DNA of 64,000 bases from Streptosporangiaceae bacterium (GCA_035484155.1 DATHPF010000056.1:3291-67290); one strand, 5' to 3'; shown: positions 1 to 9,986, counted from the first letter of the stretch. Numbers and translations: made by a program. The notes: generated from the letters alone by a model not told the origin.

Positions 1-349
1 CGTCGCGGCCTATGCGCTGGCGTACGTGTTCTACTTGGCGATCTGCTGGGTGTCGGTGCTAGTCGGCCTCGTCGCGCCGTCGCCGGAGACCGTGCAAGGT
101 ATCTCGTTCATCTGGACGATGCCGCTGGTCTTCGGCAGCAGCGTGCTGCTGTCCAACACCCGCACGATGCCCGGCTGGCTGCAGGCCTGGGTCAAGGTCA
201 ACCCGGTCAGCCACCTGGCCGACTCGGTCCGGGCGCTGACAATCGGCGGGCCGGTAGGCGACCACGCCCTGTACACGCTGCTATGGGCCGCCGGAATCGT
301 CATCGTGGCCTTCCCGCTGGCGATGCGGATGTACCGCCGGCGCATGTAG
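1..349 (+). CDS. ABC-2 type transporter permease, C-terminal fragment (5' end outside window)
   Basis: Frame open from window edge to TAG 347-349. Hydrophobic helices and '...WVKVNPVSHLADSVRAL...' tail resemble DrrB/ABC-2 permeases. Confidence 0.6.
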   Translation, partial: VAAYALAYVFYLAICWVSVLVGLVAPSPETVQGISFIWTMPLVFGSSVLLSNTRTMPGWLQAWVKVNPVSHLADSVRALTIGGPVGDHALYTLLWAAGIVIVAFPLAMRMYRRRM

Positions 350-408
350 CGCCATCAGACCAGGAACGGGCTCGCCGCATGCCGGTGCCGCTGACTGGCC
401 GCGGCAGC

Positions 409-3400
409 TTACGGCATGACCGCAAGCGCCTCGGCCCGGCCCCAGCCGCGGCCGCGCGCGGCGGCTGCCTCGGCGTCGTCCTCGGTAAGGGCGGCGCCGA
501 TGGCCGCCTGAGCCCTGGCGACCTCAAGGCTGGCCGTGTTCGTGAAGCCCTGGAGCCGGTGGGCGAGGCCGAGCAGTTCGGCTGCCCTGACGGGCTCGCC
601 GCGCGCGGCGGCCAGCGCGGCGATCCCCTCGATCACCGTGGCGAGAAGCGGATTGCTGGGCATGATCGCCGCAAGCCCGGTGGACAGCTTGCTTAGGGCA
701 CGCTGATGCCAGCGAACGGCGGTGGCAAGGTCGCCGTCCTGCTCAGCCAGGCAGCCGAGCCGGCTGAAGGTGGTAGCGGCGGCTGCGGACAGGTCCGGTC
801 GGACCTCGTGCGTCTCCACGATCAGCAGCGCCCGGCCGAGCTGGTCACGTGCGCCAGCCAGGTCTCCCTCGCGTCGCGCGATCTCGCCGAGATGGACGTA
901 GCCGAAGGCCGCGTCATCGAGCTCGCCTATTTTCTCCGAGACGACAACGCCTTCCTCGAGATCGTGGCGGGCGCCGGCGATGTCGCCAGCGAGCGCACGA
1001 GCCCACCCCAGGGGGATCCGCATGGTCTTCCCCAGGTTGCCGGTCAGCCCCTCGTCAGCGAATAGCTGGACCTGCTCAAGCGCGCGCACCGCGTCCGTCG
1101 GGCGGTCCCGTGCCAAGGCCACCTGAGCCAGCCCGGTCAGACAGGCGATCCGGACGAACCGGTCGCCGATCTCGCGGATCAGCACATCGCCCGCGGCCAG
1201 CTCGGCAGCCGCTAGCGCGATATCGCCATCGCTGATGGCGAAGTGGCCGGCAAACGCGTGCTGCGCCGCCCGTACCCAGGGATCGGGATGCCCAGACAGC
1301 GCGCTCAGCTCACGCCTGGCCCGATCGAGCTCGCCGGTCAAGGCGGCCAGCATGGGCGCGATGAGGGCAAGTAGCGGATCGTCGGCGCCAGGTGGCACCG
1401 CCAGCTGGCTCGCCACGCGCTTGAACTCGGCCGGGTCGGCGTTGGCACCTGCGCCGGCGCCGAACTGGCTGACGGCGGTGACGATCTTGCAGATCGCGTA
1501 GGCGCCGGCGAGGCCCTCTGGCGGCGTGTCGCCGGCGAGCTTCAGCGCCTCGGCCGCCCACTCGCTGGCCTCAGCGTCGTAATCGCGCATGCCCCAGAAC
1601 AGCGCCAGCGCTCGGACGAACCGCAGCACCGTCCTGGCGTCTCCGGTACTCATGGCATGGCGAATTGCCGCCGCGCAGTTGTCGTGCTCAGTGGTCAGCG
1701 TGTCCAGCCAGGTGATCTGGTCCGGGCCGCGGATCTCAGGTTCGGCTCGCTCGGCCAGTGCCAGGAAGTAGTCCGCGTGTGCGGCGGCCGCAGGCTCAGC
1801 TTCACCGGCCTCGGCGAGCCGTTCGGCCGCGTACGCCCGCACCGTTTCCAGCAGCCGGTAGCGCACGTGCCGCTGGCCGGAGGCCACTACCAGGGACTTG
1901 TCCACTAGGGCGGCTATGACGTCCACGAGCCCGGCCTGATCGCCGCCGAGCGAGCACACCTGCTCGGCGCTCGCGGGCGTCGCGCCGTCACTGAAGACCG
2001 ACAGCCGTCGCAGGATCGCCCGCTCGGAGCCGTCGAGCAGGTCCCAGCTCCAGTCCACGATCGCCCGAAGCGTCTGGTGGCGTGGCAGCGCGCCCCGGTT
2101 GCCGACCGACAGCAGGGCGAACCTGTCGTCTAGCCGGTCAGCTACCTGGACCGGAGTCAGCGCGCGCACTCGCGCGGCCGCCAGCTCGATGGCAAGCGGT
2201 ATGCCATCCAGCGCCCGGCAGATCCGCACGACCGGGCCGACCGTGTCCGCGTCGACGGCGAAGCCTGGCCGGACAGCGCTCGCGCGGTCAGCGAACAAGC
2301 GCACCGCCGCGCTCGCCACCGCCTGCTCGGCGGTGGCGTCTGCCGGTGGCAGGGCCAGCGAGGGGACCGGGCAAACCGTCTCGCCGGTCAGGCCGAGCGG
2401 CTCCCGGCTCGTCGCGAGGATGCGCACGCCAGGAGCGTCGGCCAGCACTCGTCCGGCGAGCCAGGCGACGGCGTCGAGGACATGCTCGCAGTTATCGAGC
2501 ACGAGGACGAGGGTGCGTGCGGCGAGTACTTCGCTAAGCCGGTCAAGCGGGTCGGTCGCGGCGAGCAGGGAAGCCTCCACCGGGTCGGCGAGCCACGCCG
2601 TCTCCCGGCCATCCACGGCGGTCAGCACCGCCTGCGGGACCTCGGCCGCATCGCGCACAGGCGAGAGCGGAACGAACCAGACGCCGTCGGGCGCTTGCTC
2701 CGCTAGCCTGGCGCCCGCCTCGATCGACAGCCGGGTCTTGCCCGAGCCGCCAGGGCCGGTCAGGGTGATGAGCCGCGACCCGGCCAGCAGCGCCGTGACG
2801 CGATCCAGCTCGTCATCGCGGCCGACGAAGCTGGTGAGCTGGGCCGGGAGGTGCCCGCCGCGGCGAGGCCGGTCGCCCCTTGGCGTGGGGCCGGTCTCGG
2901 CTGGCTGCCGGCCAGGCTCAGGCGGGCCAGGCCGCCGCGGCGCCGGGCCGCGCGGGCCTGCCTGCAGCTCACCACGCAGGACGGCGAGGTGCACTTCGGC
3001 GAGCCCAGGCGACGGGTCGATGCCCAGGGTCGACGCCAGCGTTCGCCGCGTGTCATCGAACACGGCAAGCGCGTCGGCCTGCCTGCCTGCAGCGTAGAGG
3101 GCGCGCATGAGCTGGCCGCGCAGCCGCTCGCGCAGCGGATGCTCGGTAGCGAGCTGCTCGACCTCGGGAACGAGCTCGGCGCCACGGCCGAGCGCCAGGT
3201 CCGCCTCGATCCGGTCCTCGGCGGCCGCCAGCCGGAGCTCGGACAGGCGGGCGATCGCCGGCGTCGCGAACTGCGCGTCGGCCACGTCCGCGAGCGCGGG
3301 CCCGCGCCACATCCGCAGGGCCTGTCGGAGCGCGTCGGCGCCGGCCCCGCTGTCGCCGCCGTCCGTCGCGGCACGGGCCGCGCGGACGAGCCGCTCGAAC

Positions 3401-3702
3401 GCCCAGGCGTCGATCTCATCAGAGCTGACCGCCAGCCGGTAACCAGTCGGCCCGTACTCAACAATGTCCTTGCCAGCCACCGCCCGCAGACGCGAGACCA
3501 GGGCCTGGAGGGCGTTGGCTGCGTCGGCCGGGCCGCCGTCTGGCCATAGGTCGGCCGCGAGCGTGTCGACGGGCACTGGGCTGCCGTCGCTGATCGCCAG
3601 CCGGATCAGCAGGGACCGCAGGCGGGCGCCGGTGACTGGCAGGAGCCGTCCGCCTAGATCCCGCACCTCCAGCGGTCCGAGTATGCCAATGCGGATGCCC
3701 AT
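409..3702 (-). CDS. AfsR/SARP-family transcriptional regulator (winged-helix + BTAD, NB-ARC ATPase, TPR repeats)
   Basis: ATG start 'MGIRIGILGPLEV...' is typical of SARPs. BTAD-like 'WAFERLV...ALRMWRGPALADV'. Walker A 'LTGPGGSGKTRLS'. Long Ala/Leu-rich TPR-like C-terminus. 1097 aa. Confidence 0.85.
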   Translation of the reverse strand: MGIRIGILGPLEVRDLGGRLLPVTGARLRSLLIRLAISDGSPVPVDTLAADLWPDGGPADAANALQALVSRLRAVAGKDIVEYGPTGYRLAVSSDEIDAWAFERLVRAARAATDGGDSGAGADALRQALRMWRGPALADVADAQFATPAIARLSELRLAAAEDRIEADLALGRGAELVPEVEQLATEHPLRERLRGQLMRALYAAGRQADALAVFDDTRRTLASTLGIDPSPGLAEVHLAVLRGELQAGPRGPAPRRPGPPEPGRQPAETGPTPRGDRPRRGGHLPAQLTSFVGRDDELDRVTALLAGSRLITLTGPGGSGKTRLSIEAGARLAEQAPDGVWFVPLSPVRDAAEVPQAVLTAVDGRETAWLADPVEASLLAATDPLDRLSEVLAARTLVLVLDNCEHVLDAVAWLAGRVLADAPGVRILATSREPLGLTGETVCPVPSLALPPADATAEQAVASAAVRLFADRASAVRPGFAVDADTVGPVVRICRALDGIPLAIELAAARVRALTPVQVADRLDDRFALLSVGNRGALPRHQTLRAIVDWSWDLLDGSERAILRRLSVFSDGATPASAEQVCSLGGDQAGLVDVIAALVDKSLVVASGQRHVRYRLLETVRAYAAERLAEAGEAEPAAAAHADYFLALAERAEPEIRGPDQITWLDTLTTEHDNCAAAIRHAMSTGDARTVLRFVRALALFWGMRDYDAEASEWAAEALKLAGDTPPEGLAGAYAICKIVTAVSQFGAGAGANADPAEFKRVASQLAVPPGADDPLLALIAPMLAALTGELDRARRELSALSGHPDPWVRAAQHAFAGHFAISDGDIALAAAELAAGDVLIREIGDRFVRIACLTGLAQVALARDRPTDAVRALEQVQLFADEGLTGNLGKTMRIPLGWARALAGDIAGARHDLEEGVVVSEKIGELDDAAFGYVHLGEIARREGDLAGARDQLGRALLIVETHEVRPDLSAAAATTFSRLGCLAEQDGDLATAVRWHQRALSKLSTGLAAIMPSNPLLATVIEGIAALAAARGEPVRAAELLGLAHRLQGFTNTASLEVARAQAAIGAALTEDDAEAAAARGRGWGRAEALAVMP

Positions 3703-3904
3703 TTCCCCAGCCTAATGCCGGGATCGCGGGCCGCTTAGCCGCCGAATCGACGGACAAGGTTCTACCGGCCTAGATGGCTTTCGTGTCATAATCACCAGGC
3801 TCCTGGCGAATGGTCGTTAGCTCCGCTAAGTGGCGGCAGCTTTACAGGAGAGCCGTAGGCGGCCGCCGACGGTCGCCACTGACTGTCAGGAGCGTGCCCC
3901 GAGC

Positions 3905-5884
3905 ATGGTTCTCTTCGTTCGCCCGCGCTTGTGGGCCGGACTGGCTGCGGGGGTGCTAGTAGTCGCGGGCTCAGTTGCCGCAACCGCAGGCTCCGCCCAG
4001 GCTTCCACTTCAGAGAAGATACCGACTGGCTTCCTCGCGTCGGCGGTGCCCGGCGCGTCGGCGTTCGGCACCACCGCGCCGGACACCCCGGAGCAGGTCT
4101 CCTTCATCTTGAAGGAGAACAACATGTCCCAGCTCAAGTCCGCCGTTACCGGGGGCTTGACCAGCTTCGATTCCGTGAGCCAGTTCGCCGCCAAGTACGG
4201 GGCGAGCGGCAGCGCGGTGTCCGCGCTGACGAAGTACCTGGCGTCGTTCGGCATCACGGCATCGGTTTACCCGGGCAACGTTGACCTGTCGGCATCCGGC
4301 ACAGCTGGCGAGTTCGACGCGGCGCTGTCGGTCACCCAACGGGACTACCACGTCCCGGCGCGGCCGACCTTTGACGGCAACCGGATCCCGGCCCAGACGG
4401 TGTACAGCGCCACCGGCGCCCCGAGCTTGAGGCCCAGCATCGGCCAGTACGTGCTCGCCATCCTCGGCTTGACCAACTACGCTCCGTTCGCCAGCAACGC
4501 GGTGCACGAGACGACCTCGGTCACGATGGCGCCTTCGTCTTCCTCAGCGGATGTCCCCGGCAGCTACCTGCCGTCCGACTTCGCCGCCCGCTACGGTCTG
4601 AACCGGCTATACAGCCAGGGCGACGGGGCCGGGGAGACTCTCGGCATCGTCACTCTGGCGGCGCTCGACCCCGGCGCACCGCAGTACTTCTGGCAGAATG
4701 TCGCGAACGTGCCGACCACAGGCCGCACCGTGACCGTGGACAACATCGACGGCGGACCCGGCGCGCCGAGCGACTCGTCCGGCAGTGGTGAGACCGACTT
4801 GGACGTCGAGCAGTCCGGCGCGCTGGCCCCGGGCGCCAACGTCGTCGTCTACCAGGCGGCGAACACAGATCCAGGGTTCATCGACGCCTTCTTCACCGCT
4901 GCCAGCCAGAACGTCGCGGACACGCTGTCGACGAGCTGGGGCGAGGCGGAGACCGTTGTCGCCGGCGCGGTAGCGGCGGGCGAGGAGACCAACGCTTACG
5001 AGGCCGCCTTTGACGAGGCGTTCCTTGAGCTGGCCGACCAGGGCACGTCAGTGTTCGACGCGGCCGGCGACGCGGCGGCCTACGACGCTTCGGACGAAAT
5101 CGGCACGACCAACCTGTCCGTCGATACCCCGGCCGATAGCCCATACGCGACCGCATCGGGCGGCACTACGACGCCGTGGAGCGGTACGCTCACCGGCCCG
5201 GCCGGGTCCGCCGCGGTCACTGTCCCGAACCAGCGCGCCTGGGGCTGGGATTACCTGTGGCAGCCGATGGCGACCACGACAGGCTCGACATATGCGGCAG
5301 CGGCGATAGCCAACGTCGTAGGTGGCGGCGGAGGCTTCAGCCTCGTCGAGCCGGAGCCGTCCTACCAATCGGGCGTGTCAGGCACGGCGAACTACCACGG
5401 CGTCCAGTACCTGACTCCGACCGACTACACGCAGGTCGATCCCGGCTTCGTCGAGCCAACCGAATGGAACGTCAACCCGAACCCGCCGCTGGTCTTCGGC
5501 GGCGGCTCCGGCCGGGCCGTCCCCGACGTGTCCGCGGACGCTGACCCGTTCTCCGGTTACCTGCTCTATGAGCCGTCATTCGTCGCCGTCGGCCAGCCGG
5601 CGCTTCAGAGCGGCTGGGGCGGCACGAGCTTCATCGGGCCGCAGTTCAACGGCTCGACGGCGGTCATCGACTCGGTGCTGGGTCACCGGATCGGCCTGTG
5701 GAACCCGAACCTGTACGCGTTCGCGGCAGGCCCGGACAGTCCGGTCACGCCGCTGAACCAAGTGGGTAGCGGCAACGACAACATCTTCTACACCGGCAAT
5801 CCCGGCCAGCTCTACAACGAGGCGACGGGCCTAGGCGTCCCGAACCTGGCGAAGTTCGCTAGGGACCTCGCCACTAACTGGTAG
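3905..5884 (+). CDS. Secreted S53 (sedolisin/kumamolisin-like) serine peptidase with pro-domain
   Basis: Signal peptide 'MVLFVRPRLWAGLAAGVLVVAGSVAATAGSAQA'. 'SGSGETDLDVEQSGALAPGANVVVYQA' (Glu/Asp of the catalytic triad) and 'WGGTSFIGPQF' (SGTS-type catalytic Ser). Start trimmed from GTG 3830 to ATG 3905, preceded by 'caggag'. Confidence 0.8.
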   Translation: MVLFVRPRLWAGLAAGVLVVAGSVAATAGSAQASTSEKIPTGFLASAVPGASAFGTTAPDTPEQVSFILKENNMSQLKSAVTGGLTSFDSVSQFAAKYGASGSAVSALTKYLASFGITASVYPGNVDLSASGTAGEFDAALSVTQRDYHVPARPTFDGNRIPAQTVYSATGAPSLRPSIGQYVLAILGLTNYAPFASNAVHETTSVTMAPSSSSADVPGSYLPSDFAARYGLNRLYSQGDGAGETLGIVTLAALDPGAPQYFWQNVANVPTTGRTVTVDNIDGGPGAPSDSSGSGETDLDVEQSGALAPGANVVVYQAANTDPGFIDAFFTAASQNVADTLSTSWGEAETVVAGAVAAGEETNAYEAAFDEAFLELADQGTSVFDAAGDAAAYDASDEIGTTNLSVDTPADSPYATASGGTTTPWSGTLTGPAGSAAVTVPNQRAWGWDYLWQPMATTTGSTYAAAAIANVVGGGGGFSLVEPEPSYQSGVSGTANYHGVQYLTPTDYTQVDPGFVEPTEWNVNPNPPLVFGGGSGRAVPDVSADADPFSGYLLYEPSFVAVGQPALQSGWGGTSFIGPQFNGSTAVIDSVLGHRIGLWNPNLYAFAAGPDSPVTPLNQVGSGNDNIFYTGNPGQLYNEATGLGVPNLAKFARDLATNW

Positions 5885-5915
5885 CACCCGCGCCGCAAGA
5901 GCGCGCTGACAACAT

Positions 5916-5953
5916 GAGCCGGGCCGCCCAGTTTCGACAGGGCGGTCCGGCTC
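5916..5953. terminator. GC-rich hairpin between convergent genes (possible bidirectional terminator)
   Basis: gagccgggccgccc / gggcggtccggctc forms a 14-bp stem (one G-U) with a 10-nt loop, followed by 'cgttt' on the + strand. Lies between the stops of the S53 peptidase and the VOC gene. Confidence 0.5.
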
Positions 5954-6066
5954 CGTTTGGCCCGCTAGCCGCACCGGTGACCCCGTCGCTGACACTGTGG
6001 ATGCCAGGTCACGTATCAGCGCTTCACGGTAGGCGTCTGTGCACACGGCTGCGACCCCCGACGGTC

Positions 6067-6480
6067 TCAGCGAAGTTCCTGAATGCGGACCAGGTTGCCC
6101 GCAGGATCGCGGAAGGCGCAGTCGCGAATGCCATACGGCTGCTCCGTCGGCTCCTGGACGACCTCGGCGGCGTCGCTGGCCTGCACCTGCCCGAACGTGC
6201 CGTCGAGGTCCTTGGTGGCCAGAAGGATCCAGCCGTAGGTGCCCTTGGCCATCATCTCGGTGATAGCGCGGCGCTCATCCTCGGTAATACCCGGATCGGT
6301 GACTGGCGGCGCCAGGAGGATGGACGTGTCGGGCTGGCCGGGAGGGCCGACGGTGATCCAGCGCATCTTGCCGGATCCGACGTCGGTACGGACCTCGAAG
6401 CCGAGGGTGTCGCGATAGAAGGCTAGGGCTGCCTCCGGGTCGTCGTGCGGGAGGAAGCTTGCGTGAATGGTGATGTCCAT
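6067..6480 (-). CDS. VOC (glyoxalase/bleomycin-resistance/dioxygenase) family protein
   Basis: 'MDITIHASFLPHDDPEAALAFYRDTLGFEV...' with a paired beta-alpha-beta-beta-beta pattern, 137 aa. Begins 4 nt after the AraC gene stop. Confidence 0.8.
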   Translation of the reverse strand: MDITIHASFLPHDDPEAALAFYRDTLGFEVRTDVGSGKMRWITVGPPGQPDTSILLAPPVTDPGITEDERRAITEMMAKGTYGWILLATKDLDGTFGQVQASDAAEVVQEPTEQPYGIRDCAFRDPAGNLVRIQELR

Positions 6481-6484
6481 AGCC

Positions 6485-6934
<450 letters not shown>

Positions 6935-7013
6935 ACCACGATCGTACGTTGTGCCGTCATCGAAGCCGGGCCACGTGGCGCGGGCGAGCTTGCGGACTCC
7001 GCCCGCACACTGC

Positions 7014-7256
7014 TCAGCGACGCTGGATGGCCATGATGATGTAGGGGACGACCACAGCAGGAACCAGAGCGAGCAGGAACACCGGCGAGTGCGGCCTGAG
7101 CACGGCGGCGAAGATCGCCACCGGCACGACGAGGATGGCCGAGACGAGATAACCCTGCCAGGTCCGCGGACGATACCCGATGCCGAACTGCCTCTGGCGG
7201 AACCACGGTTGCTTGCCCGACCCGGGGACCGGGCCGAACGCGTCACTGCCTGGCAT
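7014..7256 (-). CDS. Small two-helix membrane protein
   Basis: ATG preceded by 'aaggaagg' RBS. 'WFRQRQFGIGYRPRTWQGYLVSAILVVPVAIF...' followed by a second hydrophobic helix. Begins 18 nt downstream of the preceding gene (operon-like). Confidence 0.5.
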   Translation of the reverse strand: MPGSDAFGPVPGSGKQPWFRQRQFGIGYRPRTWQGYLVSAILVVPVAIFAAVLRPHSPVFLLALVPAVVVPYIIMAIQRR

Positions 7257-7274
7257 GCGCCTTCCTTTTCTGCG

Positions 7275-8120
7275 CTACGGTCCCGCGGGCCGGATGAACA
7301 ATCCGATCACTGCGGCGTCACCGTCGAAGGTGACCCTGCCGTTAGCCTCTCCAGCTTCGAAATACAGCGGTATATCCACAATCGTGTTGTCTCCAGACGG
7401 GTGTGCGAACGGCTCGCCCATCCGTTCAAATGCGCCCACCAGGCTGGCTGTGTGCGACCAGCCGCTGGCCAGCCGGTCAGCGTCGAGGCGCTCGCGTATG
7501 CGTTCGCCGAAATCGCGGCGAGCCTCCTCCCAGCGACCCTGGGCCATGCCAGCGAAGATCGCAGCGGCGCGTTCTGCTGCGCCAGGCAGCGCGACCCGGG
7601 CCATCGGCGTGCCGGTGCGGGGATCAACGGGCCGGCCGAATCGCTGGAATGCGGCCTGGCGGGTTGTGTTGAGCGCATCACCGATCTCCTTCCAGCTATG
7701 GTCGTCGGCTCGCGCCTGGTCAACAGCTACTTGCAGGCCAGCGTTTGCTGCCACCGCCAGCTCTCGTGCTGCGCCGACTGCTCCGAGCGAGTTGGCGCCC
7801 GGCCGAGCCAGCTGCATCGCGAGCTGGGCCGCAGCGTTGAGCAGGGCAACAGCCGCCGGTTCACCCGTGCTGTCGATTCTGACGCTGTCGAAACTGCCGC
7901 TGTCGAGAGTGCCGATAGCGTCAAGATAAGCGTGACGAGCACAGTCTGTCAATTCATCCTTGACGTTCCCGCCCGAAAGACGGATGGCCCGGTCCCGATC
8001 GCGTCGCGCTGAGCTGCGACAGGTGGCGTTGCAGTAGCGGCGTGACCTGCCTGTAGGTTTCCTATCTGGAAGGTCTCGACCACATGCCTCGCATGCCACC
8101 GGGTCAGCTGCCTGCTCCAT
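7275..8120 (-). CDS. Hypothetical protein: N-terminal CGNR-like 4-Cys zinc ribbon, central HTH-like segment, C-terminal DUF3887-like domain
   Basis: 'CEACGRDLPDRKPTGRSRRYCNATCRSSARRDR' parallels the CGNR finger at 36090-36689. 'SWKEIGDALNTTRQAAFQRFG' is HTH-like. C-terminus 'AAIFAGMAQGRWEEARRDFGERIRERL...'. ATG 8120 preferred over GTG 8123. Confidence 0.6.
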   Translation of the reverse strand: MEQAADPVACEACGRDLPDRKPTGRSRRYCNATCRSSARRDRDRAIRLSGGNVKDELTDCARHAYLDAIGTLDSGSFDSVRIDSTGEPAAVALLNAAAQLAMQLARPGANSLGAVGAARELAVAANAGLQVAVDQARADDHSWKEIGDALNTTRQAAFQRFGRPVDPRTGTPMARVALPGAAERAAAIFAGMAQGRWEEARRDFGERIRERLDADRLASGWSHTASLVGAFERMGEPFAHPSGDNTIVDIPLYFEAGEANGRVTFDGDAAVIGLFIRPAGP

Positions 8121-8232
8121 CACGTCACCTTCTGTTAATTACGTGCCACTAGACGCCAGCACGATAATACAGAATCGCGGCCCACTGGTCAGCACGAAAC
8201 TCGAGCCAGGCTGCCTGACTCCGCGCAGCGGT

Positions 8233-8263
8233 GAGGGCCCGCCGACCTGGCCGGCGGGCCCTC
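8233..8263 (-). terminator. Perfect 12-bp GC hairpin downstream of the pentapeptide-repeat remnant
   Basis: gagggcccgccg - acctggc - cggcgggccctc. No U-tract, as is common for actinobacterial terminators. Confidence 0.4.
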
Positions 8264-8309
8264 GTCGTTGCAGCGAGCTTTCGTGGACTTTCGAATGGCC
8301 CTTGCGGGA

Positions 8310-9005
8310 CTAGCTCGACAGGTGGTTCACGCAGGACCCGCCGTCGGCGTTACTGGCAGTGCCGTCAGGACAGGTGGTGCTGCTCCTGGTGACCCTCTGC
8401 AGGTTCGCGCCGCGAGCTTCGCGCCGGCCAGGGTGGCCACCGTCAGGTTGGCACTGTGCAGGTTGGCGCCCGTCAGGTTCGCCCCGGTCAGGGTGGCCAG
8501 GAGGAACACCGCCCCCTTCAGGTTGCTGCCGCTGAGGCTTGCGCCTGCCAGGTTGACTCCGACGAGATAGGCACCGCTCAGGTTGGCACCCGCCAGGTTG
8601 TAAGCACCGCTGGACAGCTTCGGGAAGCTGGTCAGGCTGGTGTTGACGTACTGGGCAACGGGCCCGCCGGTACTTGCGTTGAAGTCGCCATCCCCGCTGT
8701 AGGACGCGGTGATCGAGTGAACTCCTACTGCCAGGGACGAGCTTTGGAACGTCGCGCCACTGGAAGCGTTAATGGTGCCTGTGCCCAGCAGCTTCCACCC
8801 GTCGTAGAAGCTAACGGTTCGTGTCGGCGTTCCGGCGCCGGGGGCCGTCGGCGTGATGGTCGCGGCAAAGGTGACCGCCTGCCCGCGGGCAGTCACGTTA
8901 GCGGACGAGCCGAGCGAGACGACGTCGGATGCCTTGCTGACAGGCTGGGTCACGCCGGCCGATGTGCTCCCCGTGAAGTTGCCGTCACCGCTGTAGACAG
9001 CGCTG
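8310..9005 (-). pseudogene. Ig-like (Big_3-type) + pentapeptide-repeat protein, 5'-truncated and frameshifted near the 3' end
   Basis: The frame opens directly after TAG (9006-9008) in mid-domain ('TSAVYSGDGNFTGSTSAGV', the end of an Ig-like repeat; compare the internal 'ITASYSGDGDFNASTGGPV'). There is no ATG and no signal peptide. Pentapeptide periodicity (ANLSG AYLVG VNLAG ASLSG SNLKG ...) is lost at about 8410. It resumes in the adjacent frame as '(G)ANLQRVTRSSTTCPDGTASNADGGSCVNHLSS*', with a stop at 8310-8312. Confidence 0.7.
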
Positions 9006-9167
9006 GTCTACGGACAGCCAGCGGCGGAAATTTGCGGGCAGGAGCGAGGCCGTGGCCTGGGCCATCCGGGCCGGCACAGCGCCTGAGGCATCGTGATCTG
9101 TGGCCGACTTGCGCCGAGATGATGACTGGGTAAGTGCGCGGCCGGACTTCGTCCCGAGCGACAGGCA

Positions 9168-9986
9168 GTGCTGGGCCGTCCCGTGTTGTCGCTACTGTCG
9201 TCAGTCGTGATCCAGGACGGGGAACGGGCGACCGGCGGGCTCACGACAGTCGTGCGGATCGGCAAGACCATTCGGCGGCCGACCGGAGTGTGGACGCCCG
9301 CGGTGCATTCGCTGCTTGAGCATCTTGAGCGGGCCGGCTTCGGAGGCGCGCCTCGGCCGCGTGGAATCGACGAGCAGGGTCGCGAGGTTCTGACACTTGT
9401 GGTCGGCGAGGTGGCCATGCGGCCGTGGCCAGCGGTGCTGATATCAGGCGATGGCTTGTCGCAGCTAGCGCGCTGGCTGCGGGCGTATCACGACGCGGTC
9501 GCCGATTTTGTCCCGCCCGCCGATGCGCGGTGGATCGTCCCTGATGCCACCTGGCAACCCGGACAGATTGTCCGACACGGTGACCTCGGCCCGTGGAACT
9601 CGGTATGGCGCGGCGAGAACCTTGCCGGGTTCATCGACTGGGACCTCGCCGAACCCGGCGAAGCGCTGGATGACGTGGCGCAGCTCGCGTGGAACGCCGT
9701 GCCGCTGCGTGGCCCGGATATCACGCGAGCGGCCGGTCTGGCCGAGGGCTGCGACCTGCGTGCTCGGGTCAGTACGCTGTGCGAGGCATATGGAGTGCCT
9801 GCGTCGGCGACGCTCGGCGCGCTGGAACGGCTGATCGCTCGGGAGATCTCCAGGCTCCAGGTCCTCGGCTCAGCTGGAGTCGAGCCCTGGTCGAGCTTCC
9901 GCGAACGCGGCGACGAGACATCATTGGGACAGGATCTCGACTGGCTGATCGCCAATCGCTCGTCCCTGGCCGCAGACGATGTCTAG
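9168..9986 (+). CDS. Aminoglycoside/choline-kinase-like phosphotransferase (APH family)
   Basis: Brenner motif 'VRHGDLGPWNSVW' and 'AGFIDWDLAEPG' (metal-binding Asp). 272 aa. The GTG start is uncertain. Confidence 0.75.
   Translation: MLGRPVLSLLSSVVIQDGERATGGLTTVVRIGKTIRRPTGVWTPAVHSLLEHLERAGFGGAPRPRGIDEQGREVLTLVVGEVAMRPWPAVLISGDGLSQLARWLRAYHDAVADFVPPADARWIVPDATWQPGQIVRHGDLGPWNSVWRGENLAGFIDWDLAEPGEALDDVAQLAWNAVPLRGPDITRAAGLAEGCDLRARVSTLCEAYGVPASATLGALERLIAREISRLQVLGSAGVEPWSSFRERGDETSLGQDLDWLIANRSSLAADDV

Noticed and set aside
3787-3792. CATAAT as the -10 box for the S53 peptidase, and SARP heptad repeats in the spacer
   Set aside because: No convincing -35 box or phased heptamer repeats could be found by eye. 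It is mentioned only as context in a finding.
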